Assembly: GCA_001724265.1 (NCBI GenBank)
Contig: MEDY01000169.1
Coordinates: forward strand, 1 to 64,000
Length of the DNA stretch: 64,000 nucleotides
Source of the DNA: Rhizaria sp. SCN 62-66
Taxonomy: Eukaryota
Direction: 5' to 3'
The notes beneath the pieces were generated by a model. That model ran no database searches. It saw only the letters and a list, made by a program, of their open reading frames with translations, and was not told the DNA's origin. The position numbers were made by a program, and so were the translations under genes. How positions within the stretch are numbered: position 1 is the first letter of the stretch; every line of letters begins with the position of its first letter. Shown piece by piece: positions 26,065 through 38,000 of the stretch.

Positions 26065-28217
26065 GTAGAGTTCGCGTTGTTGCCGGCGACGGGGGCGGGG
26101 GCCGAGTTCCACTGCGGCCGCTTGGGACACACCGAGTCGAGGTCGCCGACCACGGCCTGCATCTCCCAGCTCCAGTCGCGCGACACCAGCAGCCTGAACA
26201 CGGCGGCGTAGCCGTTGCGTGCGTTGCCTGCGATCTCGGCCAGCGCCGCCGCCACCGCCGCCGAGCCCGCCACGCTGGAGCCGGCGACGACGGAGCTGAC
26301 CGAGGGCGCCAGAGAGCCGCCGCCGCCCCCGCCGCCGCCGCCGCCACCGCCGGTCACCGCGGCGGAGGCGGTGCTGGAAGAAAAGGTGCTATCGCTAAAG
26401 CTGAAGGACCCGCCGGAAGTTAGGCCGCCCCCGGAAGTCAAGCCGCCCCCGCCCGCGGCGCCCGCGCGATAACTGCCGAGCCCACTGCTATTGCTGTTGA
26501 TGAGGGTGCCGGAGAAAGAGCCGTTACCGCCAGCCGTCGCGCCCAGCGGGCCTGGGCCGGAGACGCCCGCAGCCTGGGCAAAGAGCGGCGCAAGGGCGGC
26601 GGCGACGGCGGCGGGGGCCAACGCCGCGGTGGCGCCCGTGCACGCGGGGTCGACCATTGGCAGCAGCAGCGCCAGGTCGAGCTGTGTCGCGGTCACCGCG
26701 AGGGCGGCGGCGGCGCTCACGTTGTTGCTGCTGCTACTGCTCAAACTCCCACCAGCCGTGCCGCCGAACACCGCGCTGCCGCCGCCGCCGGCGCTGAATG
26801 ACGCCCCTGACAGCGAAAGCGACCCATTGTAGCCGCCGCCGCCGCCACCGCCGGCGATGTTGTTGTTGCTGGCCCCGGGCATCGCGAGCGCGGGGCGCGG
26901 GTGGCCGTCCAGCTCCCCGGGCGCGAAGGTCCACGGCGGCGCCACGCAGGCCGCGGCCGGCGCGTCGACGATCGAGTGCAGCAGGATCACCGTGCGCGCT
27001 GCCCACAGGCGCGCCTCGGCGGCTTTGTCCTCGGCCAGGAGGCACACGCCGCCCAGCAGCTGGGCCAGAGCCACGTGCCGCGCCACAGACGCCGCCGCGC
27101 TCGCGCCGCCGCCGCCCGCCGCCGCCGCAGGAGCGTTGCTATTCGAGTTGGGGAGAGAGTTGGTGTCCGACTGCGAGGATTGCGTGGAGTTGGCGCTGGC
27201 TGCGGCGCTGAGCGTCGGCCGCCGCGACAGAAGCGAGCTGCCGCTGCGGCCCAGCCCCGGCGGGCCCCCACTGCCGCCGCCGCCGCCGCCGTCCCCGCTG
27301 CTGCTGTTGGCGCTGGCCGTAAGGGCCGAGGCGGTGGCGGCGTAGCCGGCCAGACTCAGTGGGTGCGGTAGATGCGCTAGAAGCATCTCGCCGTGGTGCA
27401 ACAGCACGCGGTAGAGCATCCACGACACGCCCGTCTGCTTGCCCGGCGACTTAGGGTCCCGCGACTGCAGCAGGAGCGGCAGAACGCGGCGCGGGGTCGA
27501 CCGCTCCGCGATGGCGGCGAGCGCTGCCGTTGTGTCGTCGGCCAGAAAGGCCTTGCTCGTTTCGGTCAGCTTGGCCAGCAAGGTGGGGACGAGGGTGGGC
27601 AGTTCCGAGTCGGCGCGTGGGCCGTAAACGGTGATCAGGCTGCGCAAAGTTACCAGGCCGGCTGAGGCGACCATGGACCGCAGGGAGCCTATACGAGAGG
27701 GGGGGGGGGGGGGGGGGGGGGGGAGGATGCACAGCGAAGTAGAGAAGCCAGACAGACATATGAGGGAATAAAACATTGATATATCCGTTGAAAAAGAAAT
27801 TATCTCGGTGTTGATATAATGTTATCGTATTAAGACAGCATATCAGCGAAATATATTCAAAGAGCAGAGCGGCGTACCGGCCGCGTTGAGCGCCACGGCG
27901 ATGCTTTGCTTGAGCACCGGCAGCACGACTGGCTTCGACGCCGTGTTGACGGCCGTGGCCTTGAGCCGCTGCATGATTTTAACCTGCACGCCCCACTGCG
28001 CGGCGGCGAAGGCGGCCAGCGCCGACTGCAGCTCAGGGGTCGCGCCGTAAGGAGGCTCGCTGGGCGCCTCCTTGGCGGCGGCGGCGGCGGCGTTAGACAG
28101 AGGCGTGCCGCCGCCGCCGCCGCCGCTGGAGGCGTCGCCTGAGCCGGCGGTGCCGTAGCGGCGGGCAGACGTCAGCGGGGTCATCGCCCCGCCCGCGGAG
28201 CGGCCGCGCGCGGACAT
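21857..28217 (-). CDS. TOG/HEAT-domain protein (CLASP- or crescerin/TOGARAM-like N-terminal TOG) with very long disordered C-terminus, 3 exons
   Basis: Exons 28217-27878, 27688-23266 and 23099-21857; ends TAA. HEAT-like helices with GSLRSMVASAGLVTL, LVPTLLAKLTETSKAFLADD and LAEDKAAEARLWA resemble the CLASP_N/TOG patterns LRS.V, SxxFI and D...EAR. Confidence 0.65.
27699..27723. repeat. G25 homopolymer (C25 on the sense strand) in intron 1 of the TOG gene, just upstream of the 3' splice site
   Basis: Directly visible; the acceptor AG is at 27690-27689. Confidence 0.85.
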
Positions 28218-29346
28218 TGCGCCGCTTTACCTGCCGCGAGAGTGAAGCGAGCGGTTGGGAGCAGCCTGTGCTGCGTTTTAGAGGCACGAAAGCTCAGGAG
28301 GTGGAGGCTGGGGCGGGGGCCCGCCTGGTGGGCTGGGGAAGCGCCAAAAAGAGGGGAACGGGTAGGTAAACGCGCTGGTAAGGTACCGGCCTAAGTCAGG
28401 CGGAGCGCGGGGTGGGATTTGTGGTGAGGGCGTTGGGTATAATGAGCTCTTGGACAAGAGCGAGACGCCTACTGAGAACGAGATAAAAAGAGAGGGTTTG
28501 AAGAGGAGGGTGAAGAGTTCACGAGTTGAGCCGAGTGTAGATAGTAGAAAACGCCAATGGAAATCTAAAAGCGTTCAACCTGGTTTACATGTAATTTGTT
28601 TCTTTGAGTTGGTGTCGGTGGAAGAGGAACGTGGACTCGACTCGAGACAAGTGTAGAAACGACAGCTGGCGTGTGCAGCTCACGCCACTAACGGCTACCA
28701 CGACAAATTCCATTGCATTAATAGGATAACCCATACCAGACCACTCCCTTCGTTAAAATGTAGCGACAACGACGGAACTTCCAACGCACACTAATCTCTC
28801 CAATTGGACTCGTCAGGGCTGGGCCTGACTTGCTCCTTGTCGTCTCTGCTGGCTGACCGACCGTGGGCTTGGCTGCGAGTCGGATCTAGCCGTTGGGTTG
28901 CGGGGCAGCAAGGCGAGGGACAACGGATGGAAACTTTGCAGAGATTATTTCTCTATACCCCTACATAAAAACAAAGTGATAATTAATTGTTTAAACTTTA
29001 GCTGAACGGGTGTATATGGTTACATGTTTAGTTTTCCTTTGAGCGATTGAATAGCCCAGGTATATGCGCATCAAGCGCGAGCTCGCCAAGAGAACGTTAA
29101 CTTCGCCTCACCTCTCCTCCTCCTTGCTTCCCTCGCCTACCGCAGACTTTCCCCGCCCAACAAGCGTTTTGACCCGTCACAGCACATCTGTTTTCTTACG
29201 CAGCGCGCGCCCGCGGCCCTCGCCTTGCGTTATCGGTTGTCCAGCGGAGCTTTTACGTTCCCTTCCCCAGCCCCCGTCCCTCTTCCACCTAGCGCTCCTC
29301 TCCCTCCGGCTTTGCCCGCTCACCCTCGCCGGTGTTCTCCTCCCCG

Positions 29347-32300
29347 ATGAGCCACACCGCTCTCCCCACGACTCTGCAGGGCGTGATGACGTCTTTCCGC
29401 ACGGCGGCGGCTGACCGCACGGCTGAGCTCGAGAGGACGGCCCGCGACCGGCAGGAGAACCTCAAGAAGCTCGTCGACACCTACGAGAAGTCGTTCCGGT
29501 ACGAAACAACTGCAAAACGCTGCCGCATCTTACTCACAAATCCCCCACTCCAATTTCTAATATGATCATTTGCTCACTTCTCTTTGTCTCATGTTTTTGT
29601 GTTGCTACACTGCGAAACGCAGGGACAAACTCTCCAAGGATGCCGCTGCCTCTGCCGCCGCCGCGCTCGCCGCCGCCGCCGCCGCTGCCGCCGTCCCTAT
29701 CCCTTCGTCGACCTCCCGCCTTGCGTCTCCCGGCGACGCCGCTGCGCGCCGTGCTAGCTTCCGCAAGCGCCTGTCTTCTGCTTCTGGCAAGCATTTCGTC
29801 CCCATGTCGGACCTGCCCCCTACCCCCACCAACGACGACTCCAGCAACAACAACAACAACAACGGCGGTAACGACGCGGATAGTCGCGAGAACGCTGCCC
29901 CGTCGCAGCACGCTGTTGTCGCCCACGCTCAGAAGATTTCCCGGCTCTCTGACGGCGGCCGCAACACCGCCAGCACCCAGCATAGCAACAACAGCAACAA
30001 CAGCAACAACACAGTCACTTTAACATCTGCCGCTGTTGCGACCGAGCCTGCTGCTGCTGCTGCTGAGCCTAAGCGTGGCCGCAAGGTCTCGAACGCCGCC
30101 GCCGCCGCTCCTGCTGCCCCTGCTGCTGCTGCTGCTGCTGCTGCTGTTGAGCCCAGGACTCGCCGTTCGATCGCCGCCGCCGCTGCCGCTGCCGCCGCCG
30201 CCGCTGCCGCGACCACCGATGCCTCTGTTGCTGCTGCTGCTGCCGCTGCTGGTGTCACTGCTGAGGCTGCTTCCGCTGCTGCCCCTGCTGCCGCAACCAA
30301 CGGCAAGCGCCGCCTCGGCTCCCGCGTCGGCCTCCCCACCACAAACGCTGACAGTAATAACTCTAGCACTGCCACCGAGGCCACTGCCGTGGCAGCCGCC
30401 GTCGCCCCCCTGGCAACCGCCCCCGTCGCAGCCGCCCCCGTCGCCGTCGCCGCCGCTAGCGGTGCCTCTGCCGCCGCCGCCGCCGCCGCGGCCGCCCGCC
30501 CCGGCGCCCGCGGCCAATGGCAGATTGGCGGAAGCCGGACTGGTCTCGCGGCAGCCGTCGCTGCCTCAGTCAACCCCACCACTCACACAGTCACTGCCAA
30601 CGCTGTCGCTGCCAATACTGTCCCTGCCGTTGCTGCCGCCGCGGCGACTGGCGGGGCGGCGATGTCTCGCGTCAGCAGCAGCCGCCTGTCGCTGCCTGCG
30701 CCCACGGTCACCCCGGACGACTGCGGCGACGGAGACAGCGACGGCGCCTCTTCCGGCAACGTCAGCTCCAGCAACACCACGCCGATGTCCCAACAGCAGC
30801 AGCATCAGCAGGCGAGTAGCGGTGGAAGCGTGGCGGTGATGACTGACGAGGCTGACCACGTCTCCGCAGCCACCAGCAGCAGCCGCAGCAACAGCAACAG
30901 CGGCAGTGACAGCGATGCGAGTGGGTCCGTTGCTTCCCCGACTGCGCACCTGGCCCTCTCTCACCCCCCCTCCCACAACAACAACAACAACAACAACAGC
31001 AGCAGCAGCGGCAACGGCAACGCCAGCGGCAATGTGGCTGTTCCTGCGCCGCCCGCGTCGCCGGTGGCTCCCAACTCGCACTCCCGCTCGCCGCCGCCCC
31101 CCACCCGCTTCCAGTTCAACAACAGCAGCAACACTAGCAACAACAGCAACACTGCGAGTGCAGTGACTGTGCCTCAGATGCCCCTTTCCCCGCGCCCCGC
31201 CCCCGCCGTCCCCGTCGTCGTCGCAGCTGCCGCCGCCACCAGTAGTAGCACGGTCACCGCCCCCACGGGAGTCACGAGTACCGCGAGTACCGCGGGTACC
31301 GGTGACGTGCGCCGGCCTCTGCAGGCGCTCGAGTTCCTTAAGCGCGCTCAGGCCTCCGAAACCGCCACCGTGAGCACCACGAACAGCAGCGCTGGCACTG
31401 GGACCGAGCCTTCTCACAGCATTTCCGCTGCCGCTACCGCTGCGCCTGCGCCTGCGGCTGCGGCGCCTCATGTTGCCCCCGTCGTGATGACGACGACGCC
31501 CGCCAAGGCTAACCAGGGAGGACTGCTGTCCAGCTTCGCGCGGCTCATCAAGTCGCCGCTCCGCATCATCGGACAGGTACGGTGGCATCTGCTGGAAACC
31601 TGGACATATCTTGTCTTAAATATCATATCACGCATATGTTGTCTTGAAGTTGAATTTAACACCAACCTACAATTATTATTTATGAATTTATGACGATTTT
31701 TGTATTCTAAATTATTTTGCCACGTTTTACTCACATTAACCCTGTCAATCTTCGTTTCTCCGGTATAATTCTTCGCAGAACCACGCGCAGGCGCAGACCC
31801 AGGCCCAGATCCAGGCCGCGGCGACCGCGGTGGCGATGGCGACGGGCGCGCCCGTCGTCATCAAGGGCGGCAACGTCGTCGTCGGCCCCGCCGCGACCGA
31901 GCCCGCCGCCCCCGTCATCCGCGGCGGCGGTGGTCATGCCAGCAACATGACTGTGGGCGTCGTCGGTGCCGCTGCGTCCCCCACGCGAGGCCTCGCTGCC
32001 AACGGCGCTAGTGCCGCCGCCCCGCGCCCGCCGCTGTCCCCGCTCGGCGCATCGCGCACCGCCGCCGCCGCTGCCGCCATTGGCAACGCTACTGCTGCTA
32101 AGGCCCCCGCTGTCGCTGCCACTCCCGCCCGCCCAGCCGCTGCCCCCGCCGCCGCCGCCGCTGCCGCTGTGAACCCGATGCGCACTCCCCAGCAGCAGCA
32201 GCAGGCTCCCACGCAGCAGCAGGTGCCGCTGATGCAGGACGACTACGCGGCGAACGTGCGCAAGTGGCTCCGCGAGGGCACGCCCGATGGTAAGAGCGAG

Positions 32301-32830
32301 AACAACTATGAGATCTCGGACGTCGAGGACTACAACCAGGTACGCAAAACTACCACACCATGTTACATGTTTACGCAATGAATTTATTTATTACTTTTAA
32401 CTCTCATTTGTTTCTGACGAAGTCTTTATCCGCAAGGGATCGACGCAAATTTTCGCGATTTCGTTTTATTGCTCACACTCTCACTTGCTCTCTCTGGTTT
32501 GTCTTTGCGTTTGCGCCGTTCTAGGACGAGGATGAGGACGACGAGGCCTCCCGCGAGACCGAGATGCGCCGTATGGCCAAGATGCCGACCTGGGCCAAGT
32601 CGATGCGCAACGTCTTCAAGTTGCACGCGGCCCAGATGACCGTGAACCCCGACGAAATCTTCCCCCCGCTTGAAGTCCGTTCGTGCGACTTGAACGAGAT
32701 CTTCCCCGTCGAGCGCTACAACCAGACGGTGCGGTTCAACCGCCGCACGTCGAGCGGTCAGTGGACGCTGGACCAGCTGCAGCAGGAGGAGATCGACGCT
32801 ACCAACCGCGCCCTCGGCATCCAGAAGTAA
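29347..32830 (+). CDS. INCENP: INCENP-like chromosomal passenger protein with C-terminal IN-box (Aurora B binding), 4 exons
   Basis: Exons 29347-29498, 29623-31576, 31779-32339 and 32525-32830; ends TAA. The C-terminus NYEISD...MPTWA...NPDEIF...CDLNEIF...RRTSSGQW matches the IN-box including the TSS motif. There is a short N-terminal helix. Confidence 0.85.
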
Positions 32831-33526
32831 AGTGTAGCCGCGTGAGTAGTTGTTGTTTTGAAGCTGCTTGACGACAATTTTTTATAAGTTGCTCTGTTTC
32901 TGTTTTTGTTTTTGTTTTGTGATGAGATGGAATTTAGAAACAACAAATGATTTCTTTTTATTTTCAGATGTGTGTTAACGATAATTTGATGAATGTATTT
33001 GATGTAGTTTAGAATATGTTTTAGGGTCTAGAAGAGCTACTCTTTAAAGTGTGCAATCCTGTTTGTGGTTATGTGTCAAGTAGAAAAGACGAGCTATGGG
33101 GAAATTTGGTTTTCACCTCTCTCTTATATCTTGCCATGTTATAGCAAAGCCACGACAGCAGCCCCACACCATGAGTTATCATACAAATAGAACAAGAATA
33201 ACAAACTCTATCAACGCTGGCGTCTCTTAAGTAGAGAGTTGAAAGTGGTGTATTCTAATCGTGAATAGGTATTTTGTGTGCTATTAAAAATATTAAGCAA
33301 TTGACTGATTGACAGGTGAGTGATGAGTTGCAGTTGTTACAAGAGTGTAGAGGTGTAAACATTTAGATAAATGAAAATAAAAACGTGTCCAAGACCACAA
33401 AGATGAAATCTTGCACTGATAAACAGAAAATACGATGTGATAAAAACACAATCTACATTACACTTCAATTTAAGTGATGTAGACATCCATATTGTTGCAT
33501 ATGCGCTTTTGTGTGGTCAGATTAGA

Positions 33527-34702
33527 TTAGATCATGTCCTGGTCTGCGTTGGGCGTGAGGATGATGTTGTCAATGAGGCGTGTGGTGTTGCTCTTAACGG
33601 CCACCGCCAGCATCACCGACCGGCCGCGCTTCACACAGTCAGCGCCGGCCCCTTTAGATCCGTCCTCCTTAGACGGGATGTCTGAGAGCTCGACCCCGGT
33701 GACGCAGTCGCTGAGAAAGACGTAGTCCAAGTGTTGGAAGGGGTACTTAGCCGCGGCCTCCTGAAGCGCCGCAGTAACAGCAGCCCTCACGCCACTCACG
33801 TCGACAACGTCACTCTCAGTCTCTGCAGTAATGCCCGTGTCGGTGTCGTTGGAGCGCGGCTGTAGCTGTTGTTGTTGCTTGAGTGCAGTGTGCCATGCCT
33901 CGCGCCCTTTGAGCAGCGCCTGGTAAATCACTGGTGCGGCCGCCCTCTCCGCCTCGCTAAGGTACACGTTGCGTGACGACATGGCGAGCCCGTCGCGCTC
34001 GCGGACCGTGGGGCAGATGGTGACCGTGAGCGGCATGTTAAGGTCGCGGACGAGCTTCTGCACCATGATGCTCTGGAGGCCGTCCTTTTGGCCGAAGAAG
34101 GCGCGGTCGGGCTGCACGATGTTGAACAGCTTCGTGACAACCGTACAGACGCCGCGGAAGAAGCCGGGGCGGCGCGTGCCTTCGCCCTTAAGATCGTCGG
34201 CACCCGCGGGGGTGACGAACATGGAGAAGTCATCGCTGTACATGGCGGCCGAGGTGGGGGCGAACACGGCGCTGGCGCCTGCGGCCGTCAGGCGCGCAAT
34301 GTCGCTGTCAAAGGTCTTGGGGTATGAGTCGAAGTCGTCGGTGGGCGCGAACTGGGTCGGGTTGATAAAGATGCTCACGATCTAGACAGCGTTTTGTGCG
34401 GAATGGGTGCGTTGGAGTTAAGTGAAGATTAGGGTCAGAGAAGTTTAGGGCTGTGTTTAAGGGGACATACGACATCAGATATAAATATAACATCACTTTC
34501 GGATAGAATCCAACTGCTTGTTTTGATAAAGTTCGATAATTTTACGTACGACGATATCTGTGGCCTTGGCTGCAGCTCGGGCGAGCGAGGCGTGTCCGTC
34601 GTGGATGGCACCCATCGTGGGGACAAAGCCAACGGTCTTGTTCTGCGCGCGCTGCGCTGCACGCCATTTGCGCACATCCTCAACAGTGCGAAGAATCTCC
34701 AT
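33527..34702 (-). CDS. panC: Pantoate--beta-alanine ligase (pantothenate synthetase), 2 exons
   Basis: Exons 34702-34550 and 34381-33527; ends TAA. Motifs VGFVPTMGAIHDGH, VSIFINPTQF, RPGFFRGVCTVVTKLFNIVQPD, FGQKD, DGLAMSSRN and TRLIDN. Confidence 0.95.
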
Positions 34703-35069
34703 CCTGAGTTTAGCCAGCAACGATGGTCGCGATACTTTACACGAATACGCCAAAGTTGACCCCACTTTTTGTGGTCAGGCCCTAACCAAAAATCCGTTTG
34801 TGGTGGGTTGGTTGGTGGAGACTCGCGGTTCTCAAAAAGTCGATCGAGTCGCGGTTGTGTGTGTGCCTCGAGACGTTAGGAAGAAACGGCCCATGATTTG
34901 CATGGTCTACCTCTCAACGGCCTGAACGTGATTTCTGCTATTATACGATTCTGATACTGGACAGGTCACGTTTTCTCTATTAATATAATTCCATCTTTCA
35001 CAGTGACCGTCTTGCCTCACTACGCGCGTGTGATTGATTGCCCGCTTTGCACTCTAGACAGGGAGCAGT

Positions 35070-38000
35070 ATGAAGCCGACCCAGCTCGTTCCCGCAGGGT
35101 GTCCCCCGAACAAACCGCACATTTTCGGGGCATCCACTGAACGCTTTGCTTACGCTGTCGGCAAAGTCGTCTTTCTCTACGACCTAGCCTCGTTCTCCTT
35201 CATCCAACTCGCATCTGCCCACACCGTACGTGTCAAATCAAAGTTGCTTGCAATTGCACAATGGTTGTATCTCAATGAAACAATTTGCTCTCGAAGCAAG
35301 ATTTAACTATGGCAAACCTAAGAACATTTTCAACGAATGACACTCATGTTTGCTTTATTACACTCCACTCTCGCCTTGCTTTGCCCGCTTGCCACCCCCA
35401 GAAGCCGATCTCTGCCTTGGCCTTCAGTCCCCACGCGCCCCGCACCTTCGTGACGGCCGGTCTCGACGGCCAGCTCTACCAGTGGTCCGCGGGCTCCGCC
35501 GCGCCCTGGGCGGACGGCGACGCGCCCCGTGTGGTGGCCGCGACGTCGCTGCCGGACCTGCCCATCGCACTTGACTGGTCGCCGTCAGACCCCGCGGCCG
35601 TGGCTGTGCTGCTCCGCAACGGCAGCGTCGTCGTAGCCAGCATCGACACCAGCAAGACCGTCGCCGCCGCCGTCACCGCCAACACGAGCGCCGCCGGCGG
35701 CAGCGCGCTGGCTGCCGCTGCTGCTGCTGCTGGCGGCGCCGCTGGCAAGGACGGCTCAATGTCCCCCATCACAAGCGCCGGCTCTGGTGCGGGCGCGAGC
35801 AGCGCTTCTGGCAGCCCTGCGACGGGGACTTCTGCCGGCGCCGGCGCCGGCGCCGCCGCTGGGGGCGTGACGCGTGGCCATGTGCGCCGCGAGTCACGCG
35901 ACTCACGCGGCTTATCTTCCGCCGCGCTCGCCGCCGCCGCCGCCGCCGCGGCCGCGGCCGCGCTCGCCGACATCCCTCTGGCGGAGTACGGCACTCAGCT
36001 CGCGGCGTGGCCAGGGCTGTGGTTCACGGAGCAGCCCGCGGGCGAGCAGGCCACCGCGCTGGCCTGGTCCCACCCCTTCCCCACCGCGTCCACCACCGTC
36101 CTTACAGACGCTAACAACAACAACAGCAACAACTCTGGTAACGCGAGCAGTATGAGCGTGGCGACTGCGCTGGTCGCCGCCTCCGCCGTGCCCGCCGCGG
36201 CCCCCGCCGGCCCCGCGGGGACCTACCTGGCGATCGGGTCGGCCTCTGGCGGCGTGCGCGTGTGGTCCCGCGCCTCGGGCGCCTCGCTGGCCCTGGCCCC
36301 GCCGCCGGCCGTGGCGGGCGCGCCGGTCAGGCAGCTCGTGTGGTCGCCGGCGTCCCCCGCGCTGCTGCTGGCGTTGTACCCGGCCGGGCAGCTCGTGCTC
36401 TACAATGCGGCCACGGGCGCCGTCGAGGTGGCGTATAAACAGCAGCCGAGTAACGTGGCCAGCGCAGTCTTCGTCCCCACTCTGCCCGGAGCGTTCCTGA
36501 CTTCCTCCACGAACCACACAGACGTGACGCTCTGGACCACGCAGGCAGACACGCCACAGGAGACCTTCCCGCTCTTCCCGCGCTCTCCCGGTACGTTTGC
36601 AATCAGGCTACACAAGAGAAACAAGTTTTCTCGTCGGGACAGCTTGTACAAGTCAAGACTGTCTTGGTGAGATGTCTTATTAGGAATATATATCGCGTTA
36701 GTTTTGTGATTTCGAATCTTTTTGTATTTTGTCATAACTAGGCACTTCATTTGGTGTTTTTTTCAACGTCGCTCATGTATCCCACTAAATCATTACTTTT
36801 GCTTCTTCCTGAATTGAAGGCCGCTCCGTGGCGGCGCTGCACAGCTACCCTGACCTGGCCCTGCCCCAGCGCCGCGCTGCCTGGGCCTCCGAGCTGGCCG
36901 CCTACCACTCCGCCGCCTCCGCCGCGGCTGCCGCCTCTGCCGCGGCCGTCGCCTCTGCCGCGGCCGCCTCCGCCGGCGCAGCTGGCGCCGGCTCTTCCGT
37001 AGGCCGTGGCGGCGGGACACCCAACACAGGCCGCTCGCGCAAGGAGAAGGACGCCGCCGCCGCTGCCGCGGCCGCCGCTGCCTCCGCCGCAGCCGCCGCA
37101 GCCGCAGCCGCAGCCGCAGCCGCGTCCCCCCAGTCGCCCTTCCCCCTGGCCCTCACCGCAGACGGGGCCGGAGGCGGGAGACTGTGCACGGCCGCTCCCG
37201 ACGTCACGCGCTCCCGAATCCTTGTTATTGCCTCCGACGGCGCCGTCTGCGAGCTCCACTACCCTTCCGCCGCCTCGGCCGCGAAGACGGTGACGATTGC
37301 CCAGAGCACGACGCCCGCGCACTCGAGCTCCGTGTTCGACGTGGCCTTCAGCCCCACAAGCGCCGATGTTTTCGCCACGGTCTCGCACGACGGCACGGCG
37401 CGTGTGTGGGACGCGGCGACGATGCAGCCCACGGCCACGCTGCGCCTGGGGCTGCCCGTCAGCCCGCGCGAGCTGCCCGAGACCCACCCCGCCGCCGCCG
37501 TCACCGCCGCTACTGTGGGCGGCAACGCGGTGCTCAACACGGGCGCGGGCTTCGGCGCATCGAAGGTCAACAACAGCAACAACAGCGGACACGCCAATCA
37601 GCAAGAGCAGTCTCCGTTCGCGCTCACTTTTTCGCCCCGCGCGATGACGAACACAAATTCGCACAACAGCGGTACGAGTAACGCGCTTGTTAGTGCCCGC
37701 GGCAATGGCAACGGCAACGGCAGCAACTTCTCTGCGACGACGAGTTTCCTCTCGAGCACGCTCTCAGGCCTCGGCGCCGCAGCCCCGCAGAACCTCGCCA
37801 ACATGCTCACCCACGGTGCGCAGAACAGCGGCTCCGGCTCGGGCTCTGCGTCTGCGCTGGCCGCGGCCCCCGGCGGCGTTGTCGCCGGTCTGGACGGCCC
37901 CGCCGCCGCGCTAGGCGCGGACGCCCAGTTCTCGCTGTCTTGGGCGCCGCCGCTGCTGCCCCACGAGGCGCGGCTGGCGACGACGACGAGCCAGGGCGAA

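Noticed and set aside
28791-28818. Minus-strand CTGACGAG-TCCAATTGGA resembling a hammerhead ribozyme core plus stem II
   Set aside because: The required C-GAAA after stem II is absent (the sequence reads GAGAT).
33527-34702. panC as a possible recent bacterial transfer or contaminant
   Set aside because: It has a host-type GTACGT intron and a low-complexity insert, and pantothenate synthetase is widespread in non-animal eukaryotes. Its origin cannot be judged without a phylogeny.
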